Assembly: GCA_964036045.1 (NCBI GenBank)
Contig: OZ038378.1
Location: 38,006,001 to 38,070,000 of the forward strand
Source of the DNA: Eutreptiella sp. 'Long Island Sound 2002'
Lineage: Eukaryota; Protista; Euglenida
Reading direction: 5' to 3'
DNA: 64,000 bases
Shown here: piece by piece, positions 38,813-50,443 of the stretch
Layout: each line of letters opens with the position of its first letter
How positions within the stretch are numbered: position 1 is the first letter of the stretch
Position numbers and translations under genes: made by a program
The notes under the pieces: generated by a model
What the model saw: the letters and a program-made list of their open reading frames with translations, nothing else
What the model was told of the DNA's origin: nothing
Databases searched by the model: none

Positions 38813-39832
38813 GTCGTGGACCATGACACAGCCTGGGCCTGGTTCAGCCACTGTGCAGGCGTGAGCGTGTTCATGTTGATTGTGACGCAGCAGATCCGCT
38901 GGATCTTTGTCTTCCCCGTCCTTGGCGGCATCGTCCTGTGGGGCATGACCATGGCCGTCCCGGAGCCCTGGATGGAGGTGTCTGCCCACAGCGTCGGGTA
39001 CGGGCTCTTGGGAGTCGCGGCCCTAGTCGCGCTCTTCGCGTTCGGGCACGTGGTGTACGCCTGGCAGCAGCTGGTGGGGTACGTGGGCAGCACCTACCCG
39101 CAGCTGCGCAACAGGCTCCAGAAAGACGTTCCTTTTCTGGAGGGCATTGTGCGGGACTACGCGGGGGCCCTCAGCCCGACATGGGCCAGGGCCCAGCAGT
39201 CGCAATGCGAGGCAGTCAAGATGTGGCGGGGGGAGCACCGCCAGAGCGGCACCCCCAATGCCGGACCTGGCGCTGCTGGGACAGCGCTGGAGGAGGCCGA
39301 CGTGCCGCTGACGTCGTTGCTGCCCACAACGCGATTGGGGGGCTGCTTCTTCTGCAGGAGTGCGCCGGCGGTGCACCTCCTGCCGTGCTGCAGCCTCTGG
39401 GGGGCGCATGCTCAATGGCGCGTCAGCCTCGCCAAAGACATCAAGGCCGGCGGCAGCGCAGCCGCAGCCGTGACGCCCGTGCCCAACTGCTCGCCGTACT
39501 GCGACGTCCAACTGCGACACAAGCGCTGCGAGGCGCAGCTGCAGGAGGCAAAGGCGCAGCTCGAGCGGGGCCGTGCGGAGGCTGCCGCGGCGGTGCAGGA
39601 GCTGCAGGTTGTGAAGGCCGAGCTGCTGCTGCAGCAGGCGCGGGCACAACGGGAGCTGCAGGAGCACCACGTCCGCCTGCAGGATCTGGACAAGCAGTGG
39701 ACCTGCCGCACGGACACCCTCCTGACCCAGTCCAACCGCACGCTCCACGAGCAGGCGGAGCAGCTCAAAACGGTGCAGCGGCAGCTTCAGGCCGCCAAGA
39801 GGGAGTTGGGGCAGCAGCGGGAGGTCCCCTGA
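38813..39832 (+). CDS. Apparently intact terminal exon: membrane protein with Cys/His RING-like segment and C-terminal coiled coil
   Basis: Uninterrupted ~339 codons with strong GC3 bias and abundant CAG/CTG. Hydrophobic segments (IRWIFVFPVLGGIVLWGMTM, GYGLLGVAALVALFAFGHVVY), then CFFC..HLLPCC...CSPYC, then Q/E/L/A heptads. TGA at 39830-39832. Confidence 0.7.
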   Translation, partial: VVDHDTAWAWFSHCAGVSVFMLIVTQQIRWIFVFPVLGGIVLWGMTMAVPEPWMEVSAHSVGYGLLGVAALVALFAFGHVVYAWQQLVGYVGSTYPQLRNRLQKDVPFLEGIVRDYAGALSPTWARAQQSQCEAVKMWRGEHRQSGTPNAGPGAAGTALEEADVPLTSLLPTTRLGGCFFCRSAPAVHLLPCCSLWGAHAQWRVSLAKDIKAGGSAAAAVTPVPNCSPYCDVQLRHKRCEAQLQEAKAQLERGRAEAAAAVQELQVVKAELLLQQARAQRELQEHHVRLQDLDKQWTCRTDTLLTQSNRTLHEQAEQLKTVQRQLQAAKRELGQQREVP

Positions 39833-40249
39833 AGGGCCGCGCCAGAGGTGCCCTTCACGAGGCATGTTCGTGATCACCCACCTCCTCCCAGGCGCACCTT
39901 GTGCACTGGCGGTGTGACCACCAACTTTCATTGATCAGATGCCGACCGCCGTCGATGAACCGCTACCCGTTCTTGAGTGGCAGCTTGTATCGGCTCCTCA
40001 GGACTCCCCCTGTCCGGAAGAAGGCGGGCCCTTTTTGCAGATTGCGGTTGACTCCGTCTGGCGGCTGGTCACAGGGGATCTGTCTCGTCTTGGGGTGCCC
40101 TTGGGGAGTGTGTCAGTGGTTTCCAGCCTTCAAAATTGCCCTAACCGACCCCTAGACGCCCATACCAAGGCCCAGTGGGCTGCGTCAGGCTGCAAGAGAT
40201 AGCCCAAAGCGGTGGGTGCCTAAATTGGTCAACAAGGTCCACCGCATGC

Positions 40250-40870
40250 AAAAAAAAAAAGTCCTTTTTCAAAAATCATCCTGGAACACATGGAATGCCA
40301 AAACAAGTGTTTTTGGCGCGTTTTGAGCTCGTGGTGGCCCGTTTTGGCCCTTCGAAAATCCCAAAATGCCTGGAAATTTGGCTGTTTTGGGACAAGAAAT
40401 GGGTCCAAAATGGGTCAAAAATGTGTGTTGTCCCAAAATGATCCTAGACCATTTGGGGTGCACAAACATGTGAAGCAAGCCCTTTTTGAGCCCATTGCAA
40501 GCCATTGCGGCCACTCTAGAGCCACAAAATGCCTTTAAAATGGGGTATTTTGGGAAAATTGGTCAAAAATGGGTCAAAAGTGTGTTTTTCCAGAAATCAT
40601 ACTAGGCCATTTGGGTTGCACAAACAAGTGAAATGGCCCTTTTTGAGCTCATGGCAAGCCATTTTGGGTGTTTTTCCAAGGATACTTTTGGGCAATTTGG
40701 GGTGCACAAACCAGTGTAATTAGCCCATGTTGAGCCCATGTTGAGCAATTTTGGCCCCTCTCAAGGCTGAAAGGGCCTTCAAAATGGGCCAATTTGGGAC
40801 CACATGACTCAAAAACGGGTCAAAACCATGGTTTTCCAAAAATGATCCTAGTCCAGTTGTGGTGCACAAA
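40250..40870. repeat. 162-bp satellite family array
   Basis: Recurring AAAATGGGTCAAAA..GTGTTTTTCC..AATGATCCTAGACCATTTGGGGTGCACAAAC units. Confidence 0.85.
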
Positions 40871-43800
40871 CGGATGAATACAGCTCATTTTCAGCTCCTT
40901 TGGAGCCGCTCTCATCCACTTTCCAGTGCGTACCTCATTTGTTGTTAAAGTCTCCTAGACCAAGTTCCTTCCCCCACCGGCCCGGTCCCAATATTCAATC
41001 CTGGTTAGGTTTGGGGTTAGGAATCCGGACAGTTTGGTGTAGGGCTTGCTATTACTATTGCACATAGGGGGTAGCCGGAATCAACTTGACAAGCGGTTGG
41101 GGTTCGGGTTAGGGACATGGTCACCGAGCTGGTGGAACTAGTCTTGGTTTTATAACCCTCTTTAGTGTCTAGGTTGGACCTAGCAGGTTTGGTAAGCAAG
41201 GAAGTAGCAAGCAGCAAGCAAGCATCAAGCAAGCAACAACTACGCGCGAAATGGGGAAAAGGCATACCTCCGTTGTGGTGCTTCGGATTCGGCCAAAATA
41301 TTGGTGGATGCTACCTATGGACGTGAGGGACAACCACAAAAAGTATGAGCCAGAAACTCAACGTGAGGGGGGGGGGTGGAAAAATTTCGCGCGAATTGTT
41401 TTCGTACCCCCCACTCTTTGGGGGTACCCCCGAAGAAGAAAAAAGCTGGCCACCCCATGTAGGAATTTTTTTTCGCCAAGAGAAATTTTTTTACTGTGTG
41501 CTGCTTGAACTTGCATGTCACCTTCACTTTGGCACATTTTATGACGTTGGCACATGAACTACTACTGAGATAAAAGTAATTGGTTTTTTTTTGCATGGTG
41601 CCAATGGCACCCCCCCCTTTTTTTGTTGATTCTTTTTCATCAAGCCATCAGTGCCTTTGAGCGCCAGATATCGCAAGACGAGGCACTATACAAATGTCGT
41701 TTGTTGCGAAGTGAAGATCCTACATTCGGAGCAAAACCCCGGCCCAAATGCAGCGTCAAATTCTTTCAAGGGCGAACACGGTCCTGCGTTCTTTCTTCCT
41801 TTCTTGTTTCTCTTTCCCACGCTTTGTTGCGTGGCCCCTTGAGTTGAGTTCGGTTTCTCGCCCTCTCGATAGGGTGCATTGCCTTATCTGGGGGGACTCT
41901 TTTGGGCCGATAAGAGGCCAAGGTGGGGCACTGCACTGCAGCCGGAACAGATCGGGGGTCTTTGTGCCCTTAAACACAAATACCACCCATATCGGCTGAA
42001 ATATCCATGGTTACCTTGAAAAATACCCTCCTTGCACCTTCCAAACCCAAATACGTGGGGTAGAGTTAAGGAAATTTCAGGTTTTGGGGTCCGGAGAAAA
42101 TTTTCGCGCGAATTTTTTCGTACCCCCCCCCCTCCGGGGGTACCCCCCAAAAAAAGGTGTACGCCGGTACCAGGAATTTTATTCTAACCCCCCCCCCCCC
42201 TTGACTCACCGGTAGCGGCCGGGAACGGGTGTTGCAGGTGCCGGACCTCCATTTCAAAATCTGCAATTTAGGGCCAAAATCAGCTCTTTTTTTGCCCAAA
42301 ACCGCCCTAGAACCTGCTGAAAATGGTCAAATGAAGGGAAATAGTGGCTACTCTACACATGTAGCTACACTTCCATGTGCCTAAGGGCCCTCTAGGGCCC
42401 TATAACTCCACAATATGTCCGCGAACCAGCCCCCAAAGGCCGACAAAAGCCCCAGAATTTGTTCACATTGGCCGCTGACAGCCGCAAACCAAAAACAGAC
42501 CATATCTTGGGCTGTGTGACTCAAAACGTGATTTGGAGCGCACCTAATCCACCCGCAACCACCCACTTTTGGCTGTCTTCATCCCTCAAGGTTGCCCGTA
42601 CCGACGCCTAGGACCCCCGTACCGAGGCCCATTGGGGTGCGGCAAGCTGCAGGAGGTAGTCCACAGATGTGCGTGCCAAAATGGGTCAACCAGTTCCAAC
42701 GGGTGCAAAAGAAAATGACTCTTTTCAACAGTCATGGTGGACCACATGGAACACCAAAACAAATGTTTTTGGCGCGTTTTGAGCTCATGGTGGCTCGTTT
42801 TCGCCCTCTGAAGATCCCAGAATGCATTGAAAATTGGCTTTTTTCAGACCAAAGATGGGTCAAAAGTGGGCCAAAAATGTGTTTTTCCAAAATTGATCCT
42901 AAACCATTTGGGGTGCGCACACAAGTGAAATGAGCCCATTTTGGGGGGCATTGCACGCCATTTTGGCCCCTCCAAAGTCACAAGATGCCTTGAAAATGGG
43001 TTGTTTTGCAACCAAAAATGGGTCAAAAATGGGTCAAAAAAGTGTTTTTCGAAAAATGATCCAAGACCATTTGGGGTGCGCAAACAAGTAAAATGAGCCC
43101 ATTTTGAGCCCATTACAAGCCATCTCGGCCACTCTAGAGCCACAAAATGCCTTGAAAATGGGCTGTTTTGGGACCATAAATCAGTCAAAAATGGATCCAA
43201 AATGTGTTTTTCCAAATATGTTTCTGGACTATTTGGGGTGCACAAACCAGTGTAATGAGCCCATTTTGAGCCCATTGCAAGCCGTCTCGGCCACTTTAAA
43301 GCCACAAAATGCCTTGAAAATGGGTTGTTTTGGGACCATAAATCAGTCAAAAATGGAGCCAAAATGTGTTTTTACAAATATACTTTTGGATTATTTGGGG
43401 TGCACAAACCAGTGTAATTAGCCCATGTTGAGCCCATGTTGAGCAATTTTGGCCCCTCTCAAGGCCGGAAGGGCCTTCAAAATGGGCCAATTTGGGACCA
43501 CATGACTCAAAAACGGGTCAAAACCATGGTTTTCCAAAAATGCCCTAGTGGTGCACAAACGGATGAATACAGCTCATTTTCAGCTCCTTTGGAGCCGCTC
43601 TCATCCACTTTCCAGTGCGTACCTCATTTGTTGTTGAAGTCTCCTAGACCAAGTTCCTTCCCCCACCGGCCCGGTCCCAATATTCAATTCTGGTTAGGTT
43701 TGGGGTTAGGAATCCGGACAGTTTGGTGTAGGGCTTGCTATTACTATTGCACATAGGGGGTAGCCGGAATCAACTTGACAAGCGGTTGGGGTTCGGGTTA

Positions 43801-45240
43801 GGGACATGGTCACCGAGCTGGTGGAACTAGTCTTGGTTTTATAACCCTCTTTAGTGTCTAGGTTGGACCTAGCAGGTTTGGTAAGCAAGGAAGTAGCAAG
43901 CAGCAAGCAAGCATCAAGCAAGCAACAACTACGCGCGAAATGGGGAAAAGGCATACCTCCGTTGTGGTGCTTCGGATTCGGCCAAAATATTGGTGGATGC
44001 TACCTATGGACGTGAGGGACAACCACAAAAAGTATGAGCCAGAAACTCAACGTGAGGGGGGGGGGGTGGAAAAACTTCGCGCGAATTGTTTTCGTACCCC
44101 CCACCCTTTGGGGGTACCCCCGAAGAAAAAAAAAGCTGGCCACCCCATGTAGGAATTTTTTTTCGCCAAGAGAAATTTTTTTACTGTGTGCTGCTTGAAC
44201 TTGCATGTCACCTTCACTTTGGCACATTTTATGACGTTGGCACATGAACTACTACTGAGATAAAAGTAATTGGTTTTTTTTTGCATGGTGCCAATGGCAC
44301 CCCCCCCTTTTTTGTTGATTCTTTTTCATCAAGCCATCAGTGCCTTTGAGCGCCAGATATCGCAAGACGAGGCACTATACAAATGTCGTTTGTTGCGAAG
44401 TGAAGATCCTACATTCGGAGCAAAACCCCGGCCCAAATGGAGCGTCAAATTCTTTCAAGGGCGAACACGGTCCTGCGTTCTTTCTTCCTTTCTTGTTTCT
44501 CTTTCCCACGCTTTGTTGCGTGGCCCCTTGAGTTGAGTTCGGTTTCTCGCCCTCTCGATAGGGTGCATTGCCTTATCTGGGGGGACTCTTTCGGGCCGAT
44601 AAGAGGCCAAGGTGGGGCATTGCACTGCAGCCGGAACAGACCGGGGGTCTTTGTGCCCTTAAACACAAATACCACCCATATCGGCTGAAATATCCCTGGT
44701 TACCTTGAAAAATACCCTCCTTGCACCTTCCAAACCCAAATACGTGGGGTAGAGTTAAGGAAATTTCAGGTTTTGGGGTCCGGAGAAAATTTTCGCGCGA
44801 ATTTTTTCGTACCCCCCCCCCTCCGGGGGTACCCCCCAAAAAAGGTGTTCGCCGGTACCAGGAATTTTATTCTAACCCCCCCCCCCCTTGACTCACCGGT
44901 AGCGGCCGGGAACGGGTGTTGCAGGTGCCGGACCTCCATTTCAAAATCTGCAATTTAGGGCCAAAATCAGCTCTTTTTTGCCCAAAACCGCCCTAGAACC
45001 TGCTGAAAATGGTCAAATGAAGGGAAATAGTGGCTACTCTACACATGTAGCTACACTTCCATGTGCCTAAGGGCCCTCTAGGGCCCTATAACTCCACAAT
45101 ATGTCCGCGAACCAGCCCCCAAAGGCCGACAAAAGCCCCAGAATTTGTTCACATTGGCCGCTGACAACCGCAAACCAAAAACAGACCATATCTTGGGCTG
45201 TGTGGCTCAAAACGTGATTTCGAGCGCACCTAATCCACGT
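40699..45240. repeat. ~2.69-kb-period direct duplication (40699-42551 repeated at 43397-45240)
   Basis: Near-identical sequence at offset 2689-2698. Identical ORF translations at 41017-41265 and 43706-43954. Confidence 0.9.
42690..43560. repeat. 162-bp satellite array
   Basis: GGGGTGC(A/G)CA(A/C)AC recurs near 42911, 43073, 43235 and 43397, a 162-bp period. Confidence 0.9.
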
Positions 45241-46060
45241 GATCCACCTTGACTGTTGAAAAGAGTCATTTTCTTTTGCACCCGTTTGAACTTGTTGACC
45301 CATTTTGGCACGCACATCTGTGGACTACCTCCTGCAGCTTGCCGCACCCCAATGGGCCTCGGTACGGGGGTCCTAGGCGTCGGTAAGGGCAACCTTGAGG
45401 GATGAAAACAGCCAAAAGTGGATGGTTGCAGGTCCAAAAGTATATTTGTAAAAACACATTTTGGCTCCATTTTTGACTGATTTATGGTTCCAAAGCAGCC
45501 CATTTTCAAGGCATTTTGTGGCTTTAAAGTAGCCGAGACGGCTTGCAATGGGCTCAAAATGGGCTCATTACACTGGTTGGTGCACCCCAAATAGTCCAGA
45601 AACATATTTGGAAAAACACATTTTGGATCCATTTTTGACTGATTTATGGTCCCAAAACAGCCCATTTTCAAGGCATTTTGTGGCTCTAGAGTGGCCGAGA
45701 TGGCTTGTAATGGGCTCAAAATGGGCTCATTTTACTTGTTTGCGCACCCCAAATGGTCTTGGATCATTTTTCGAAAAACACTTTTTTGACCCATTTTTGA
45801 CCCATTTTTGGTTGCAAAACAACCCATTTTCAAGGCATCTTGTGACTTTGGAGGGGCCAAAATGGCGTGCAATGCCCCCCAAAATGGGCTCATTTCACTT
45901 GTGTGCGCACCCCAAATGGTTTAGGATCAATTTTGGAAAAACACATTTTTGGCCCACTTTTGACCCATCTTTGGTCTGAAAAAAGCCAATTTTCAATGCA
46001 TTCTGGGATCTTCAGAGGGCGAAAACGGGCCACCATGAGCTCAAAACGCGCCAAAAACAT
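45240..46060. repeat. Inverted copies of 42575-42745 and 42750-43390
   Basis: 45250-45420 is the reverse complement of ~42575-42735, and 45430-46060 is the reverse complement of ~42750-43390. ORF 45548-45979(+) matches 42844-43362(-). Confidence 0.85.
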
Positions 46061-46449
46061 TTGTTTTGGTGTTCCAACTATTTGGGGCGCACAAACCAGT
46101 GTAATGAGCCCATGTTGAGCCCATGTTGAGCAATTTTGGCCCCTCTCAAGGCTGAAAGGGCCTTCAAAATGGGCCAATTTGGGACCACATGGCTCAAAAA
46201 CGGGTCACAACCATGGTTTTCCAAAAATGATCCTAGTCCAGTTGTGGTGCACAAACGGATGAATACAGCTCATTTTCAGCTCCTTTGGAGCCGCTCTCAT
46301 CCACTTTCCTCATTTGTTGTTGAAGTCTCCTAGACCAAGTTCCTTCCCCCACCGGCCCGGTCCCAATATTCAATCTTGGTTAACCCAAACCCTAAGCCGA
46401 ACCTGGACCGGCCGGCCATGGGGTCGGCCGCTTGTCCACCGAGCCGGTA

Positions 46450-48247
46450 TGTCCTCCGAAGGCCATGTCGAGTTTAATCCGGTGAGCTCTTTGTCCAGAC
46501 TCAGGCTGGTGAACGTGTCCTATATGTGCTTGAAGTCAGGTTGTTGTGGGGATCTCTGCCAGAGTGCGGTGTGCTGGGGATGACGTGCAAGGAGGCTGCT
46601 GTGTCTGGCAGGACCTGCCCTCTTTCACCTCGTGCTGGTTCTACAGTCATCGCCAACCCAAGCCCCACCCTTCCGCCCCAAACGACAATTTTGAGATTCA
46701 TCGGACGAGAAATGCCCAATTTTGAGTGCAACTCTTTGAAATTGAATTTTGATTTCACTACCCATATAGCTTCCCACTTGCCTCGGAACCCTTGAACCAC
46801 ATGTCTTTCCGCGTTCAGTGTGCGGCTCTTTTGTTGTGCATATTACCGACAGCTTGAGTCCACTCCCCGAAGGGATCAAGTGGCTTCATGGCAGCACCTT
46901 GGAGTACATGTCCGCGTGAGGTAAGGCGAACTCACTTTGTATTTCTGTGCATGCCAAGCCGTGTTATCACGCAGGAGGCGCGCGGCACAAGTATTTGGGC
47001 AAGTGGGGCAACCCGACCGGACAAGAAAGGGCATCATAACAAGTGTGGAATGGTGGGGTATGCTGTGTCTGTTCACGGAATGACCACCTCAAAGGTGCCG
47101 GCGGCACAAATTACCCCCCAAAAAAGGTCAGGGACCATGACCAGCAAGTACGTCCCATTTCAGAGACATTTCTTTGCATTGGGTGTGGGCTACACATTGT
47201 CTCAGCGTCTCCCTGTGTGGGGGGCGCCATTTGTTTTAGGACCTGGGCTTCCCCCCCAAATCTGTATCGGCATGACACCAGCCGCCAGTCTGGGGCATGC
47301 TCTGCTCTTCTAATGGAAGCCTTAGGCTACCAATCCTCTTTGTGGGGCTCCTCACCTCAGAACCCCAGCCAATGAACCCCTCCCATACACACAATCAAAG
47401 AGCCGAAGACCCCCGTGGGCTTTGGCAGGGGTGAGGTTCTGCGTCCTTCAAACCCTGGCTCAACCCGTGCCGCGATGGTTCCACACCTAGTTCCCCCCTC
47501 TCCTCTCTTAAAGCATCCTCTGGGATAAGACGGGGGGGGGGTGAAGATATGCGTACGCCTCCAGTTCCTTTTTGCCACCGTCTCTGGAGGTGCAGCTCTT
47601 GCTGCCGACAGCCGTGTGTCTGGGCTTTGCGGGTGTTCCAGGTCTGTTTCGTTGCGAAAGGGTGTTTGTGGGATTGCTGAGTGGTCAATGGTGTTGGTGA
47701 AGAGGGGTATGAAGAGTTGGAGTTGTGCAGTCTGATGCTGGTGAGGGCCCATTTTGGACTGACACTGACAGAGGTCTTTGCTCAGATGTGGGAGGCATTT
47801 GGTGCGACTCTGGGGTGCGACTCTGGGGTGTTGGCCATGCACACTTGGCCAGAAGTGCAAATCGGTGTGGCCAATTCGCCTGGTCCTCTTGGATCTCGAT
47901 CCATGCGGCTTGCTCCTTTGTACATTCTAATTGCAGCCCTGTTTGCAATCCCACATTTGGTGATCCATGTGTGCATGGACGCGCTGCACCAATTTGCCGC
48001 TGAAGTACCATGTGACAAGTTGGGGCTGAGTCCTGTGGAGCTGTCCATCACAGCATGTCAAAATGGGCGTTGAAATGCGTGTAAGGCCCACAAGGTTGTC
48101 CATCAGATATGAGTGGGTCGTCCTGCTGTAGGTGCGTGTGAGCCGTGCTGGGTGGCCCATCAAGTGCTGTGTGAGGGCATTTCCAGTTAGGGCTGACAGA
48201 CCTGCGTTCCTGTATATCAAAGTATCAAGCCCCATTATTGAGCCCAA
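46450..48247 (-). pseudogene. Decayed coding remnant, possibly the 3' part of a non-LTR element
   Basis: Chained minus-strand frames. SPNLSHG...TWIT weakly echoes TTNLSHGG...RWIT of the LINE at 35460. CPTCP motif near 47000. No RT core present. Confidence 0.25.
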
Positions 48248-48619
48248 GTTCAGGGTCCAAGATTTTTTATGTTAGATGCGAAATCTTATTTTTTAGCATT
48301 TATCGTTTTTTTTTAGCATATACAAAAGATTTCGCGCCAAAAAAAAACAGATTCTGTGCCTACAAAAAGATTCTGCGCTCATGTGTGTCCCAAAAAGTTG
48401 CACGGGCAGGGGTTTACAAAGAGTGCTACTGCACCAAGCCAACCCATGAGAGATGAGAGGCAATGCCTGCCTTTTGCAGGTGCCCCTGCTATTTTCGTCA
48501 TGCCATTTTTTTCCCTTTTGGTTAAATCCACCAATATTAGAATCGTTTCGCACAATGCACTGCTCAGACTAGTTTGGTTTAGACTGCTTTGGTTTGCTGT
48601 GTTGTGTCATTTGTTGCTC

Positions 48620-48790
48620 TTATGGCATAAAACCACCCTGTGGTGGTTTTATCACCCCAAAGGGGGTGGTTTTAACAAGGGGGGTGTTTTTATTCCCCAA
48701 AATGGGTGGTTGTATCCCCCCAAAGGGGTGGTTTTATCCACCCTAAAAGTGGGCATAAAGCCACCCGAGGTTGTTTTAAAAGTGGTTTGA
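48620..48790. repeat. GGTGGTTTTA / TAAAACCACC motif array
   Basis: ATAAAACCACC followed by several GGGTGGTTTTA(T/A)-like units. Confidence 0.7.
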
Positions 48791-50443
48791 CCAGGCCAAA
48801 CTGGGGGACGCTCTGCACCCTGCTACCGTTGCAATGTACCCAAGCTGTCCGACTATTTGCACAACTCGTTTCTACATCATCCTGAAAAGTGCCCTACCTG
48901 CTCCAGAACCGACGCCAATGGTGCCCGTTCAAGACCTAACGGGGAGTGCCCCTACCGCACCCCCCAGCCCTGCCACTGGTCATGCCCTCTGGTCCGGTGG
49001 ACAACGATTCCACTCCCCGTTTACCAAATAACGGTTCCACTGTGGCCACGGTACAAGACCCACATGGAGCGTTTGCACCTTTGCACAGACAATTCTTCGT
49101 GACTCTTAAGCTAGCTAGTGATGCTGCTTGCACATTGCATGGGGTTTTTGTGGCCATTCCTTGCCGGCAACGTGTGTACATGTTCTTGTGAGGGTTGGGA
49201 CACCAATCGGTATGTGCGGCATGACCAGGTGGCGAGCCCGCAGACGACCAATGTACCTGTGGGTACCATTCGTTTGCTTTTATATGCCTCTTGGCACGCA
49301 CTAAAGTGGGGACCGACCTAGGAGCACTGGTGCTGCCACCGATGGCTGACAAATTCATCGAGCAGGTCCAAGCATGCTTGAGGGAGGCGGCAGTGACTAA
49401 CTGTGATGCCAAAAATGAAATGATGTCTTAGGCAGGTGTTGTTGCCTCGGTCCGCATGAACACCCAACTGTGAATTGCGGAAATGTATGGATTGCATGCA
49501 ACATTTCATTGGGTACACGTCAAACTGGTGGGCAAAAAGTGCCAAGTCCCAGAACCCAGCCCATCCTCTTCCCCTCCCCTTGAGCATGCCCCTCCTTGCC
49601 CAAGTCCCAAGAACCAGCCCATCCCCCTCTTCTCTATTGCGCAGTCCATCACTCAAGTAAGTGCCCAACGATTTGCATTGCAAAGCCGCAAAGGGCAACA
49701 AAGTGTGTGCAATGTTCACGCACTTTGGACAAGGGAGCTAAACACCAAGCACAAGGAATGAAGGGATTGCATGGGATAGCCCAAGAAAAATGAGGATGAG
49801 TGAATGGATCCGGCACATTTGGAATGGAAAGAACCAATCGCAACGGGGACAGTTGGACGGCAGCGGAAAATAGTTGTCCGCGGAACAAAAAGAGTAGCCC
49901 CATGGGACCGACTTGCCAACCGCCGTGTAGTGGGGAGCTAGGCCCTAACGGTGGGGACCTTGACCAAAGGAAGTTCGGAAACTACTTTGCCTTGAGCAGC
50001 CGTGAAGCGTAAGGAGAGGAGTCTTGACCCCGAGGTCCCTTGGGCAATGGCCCCAAGTACACGCGGCTCAGGTGCTGACCCATCGGAGAGCATGGAACAA
50101 CGTTGCCCCCGGGTTTCCTCCCGGGGATGGACCATAAACAAGTGCATTTGGTAGCTAGCTGGGTACTCCAGCACGTGAGGATTGTGGTTGAGGGAAATGC
50201 TTCGTTGTCGGCTAAGCGATCCGGAGGAAGCTTGTTTGCAGGTGCGTGAAAGGCTTCGCCGGGAATGGTGGATGATTCGAGGGAAGATTTGAGGGAGGAC
50301 AACCCCTAGGCAGCACCCTAGAGCAACCTAGTAGTGGTTGGGCCTTAGAGGAACGTTGGTGCAGCTTTGAGCCATGAGGCGAAGCCGGAAGCAAAACCAA
50401 TAGTTGAGGCCCCCCCCTCGCGTCAGCGGCGGCCACCATGATA

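Noticed and set aside
40250-46260. ORFs of 100-170 aa in the satellite arrays
   Set aside because: They are translations of 162-bp repeat units, appear on both strands and lack coding bias.
48830-49760. SWIM-like CTC motif suggesting a MULE transposase
   Set aside because: QCTCGYHSFAFIC lacks the terminal His, and no DDE core was found nearby.
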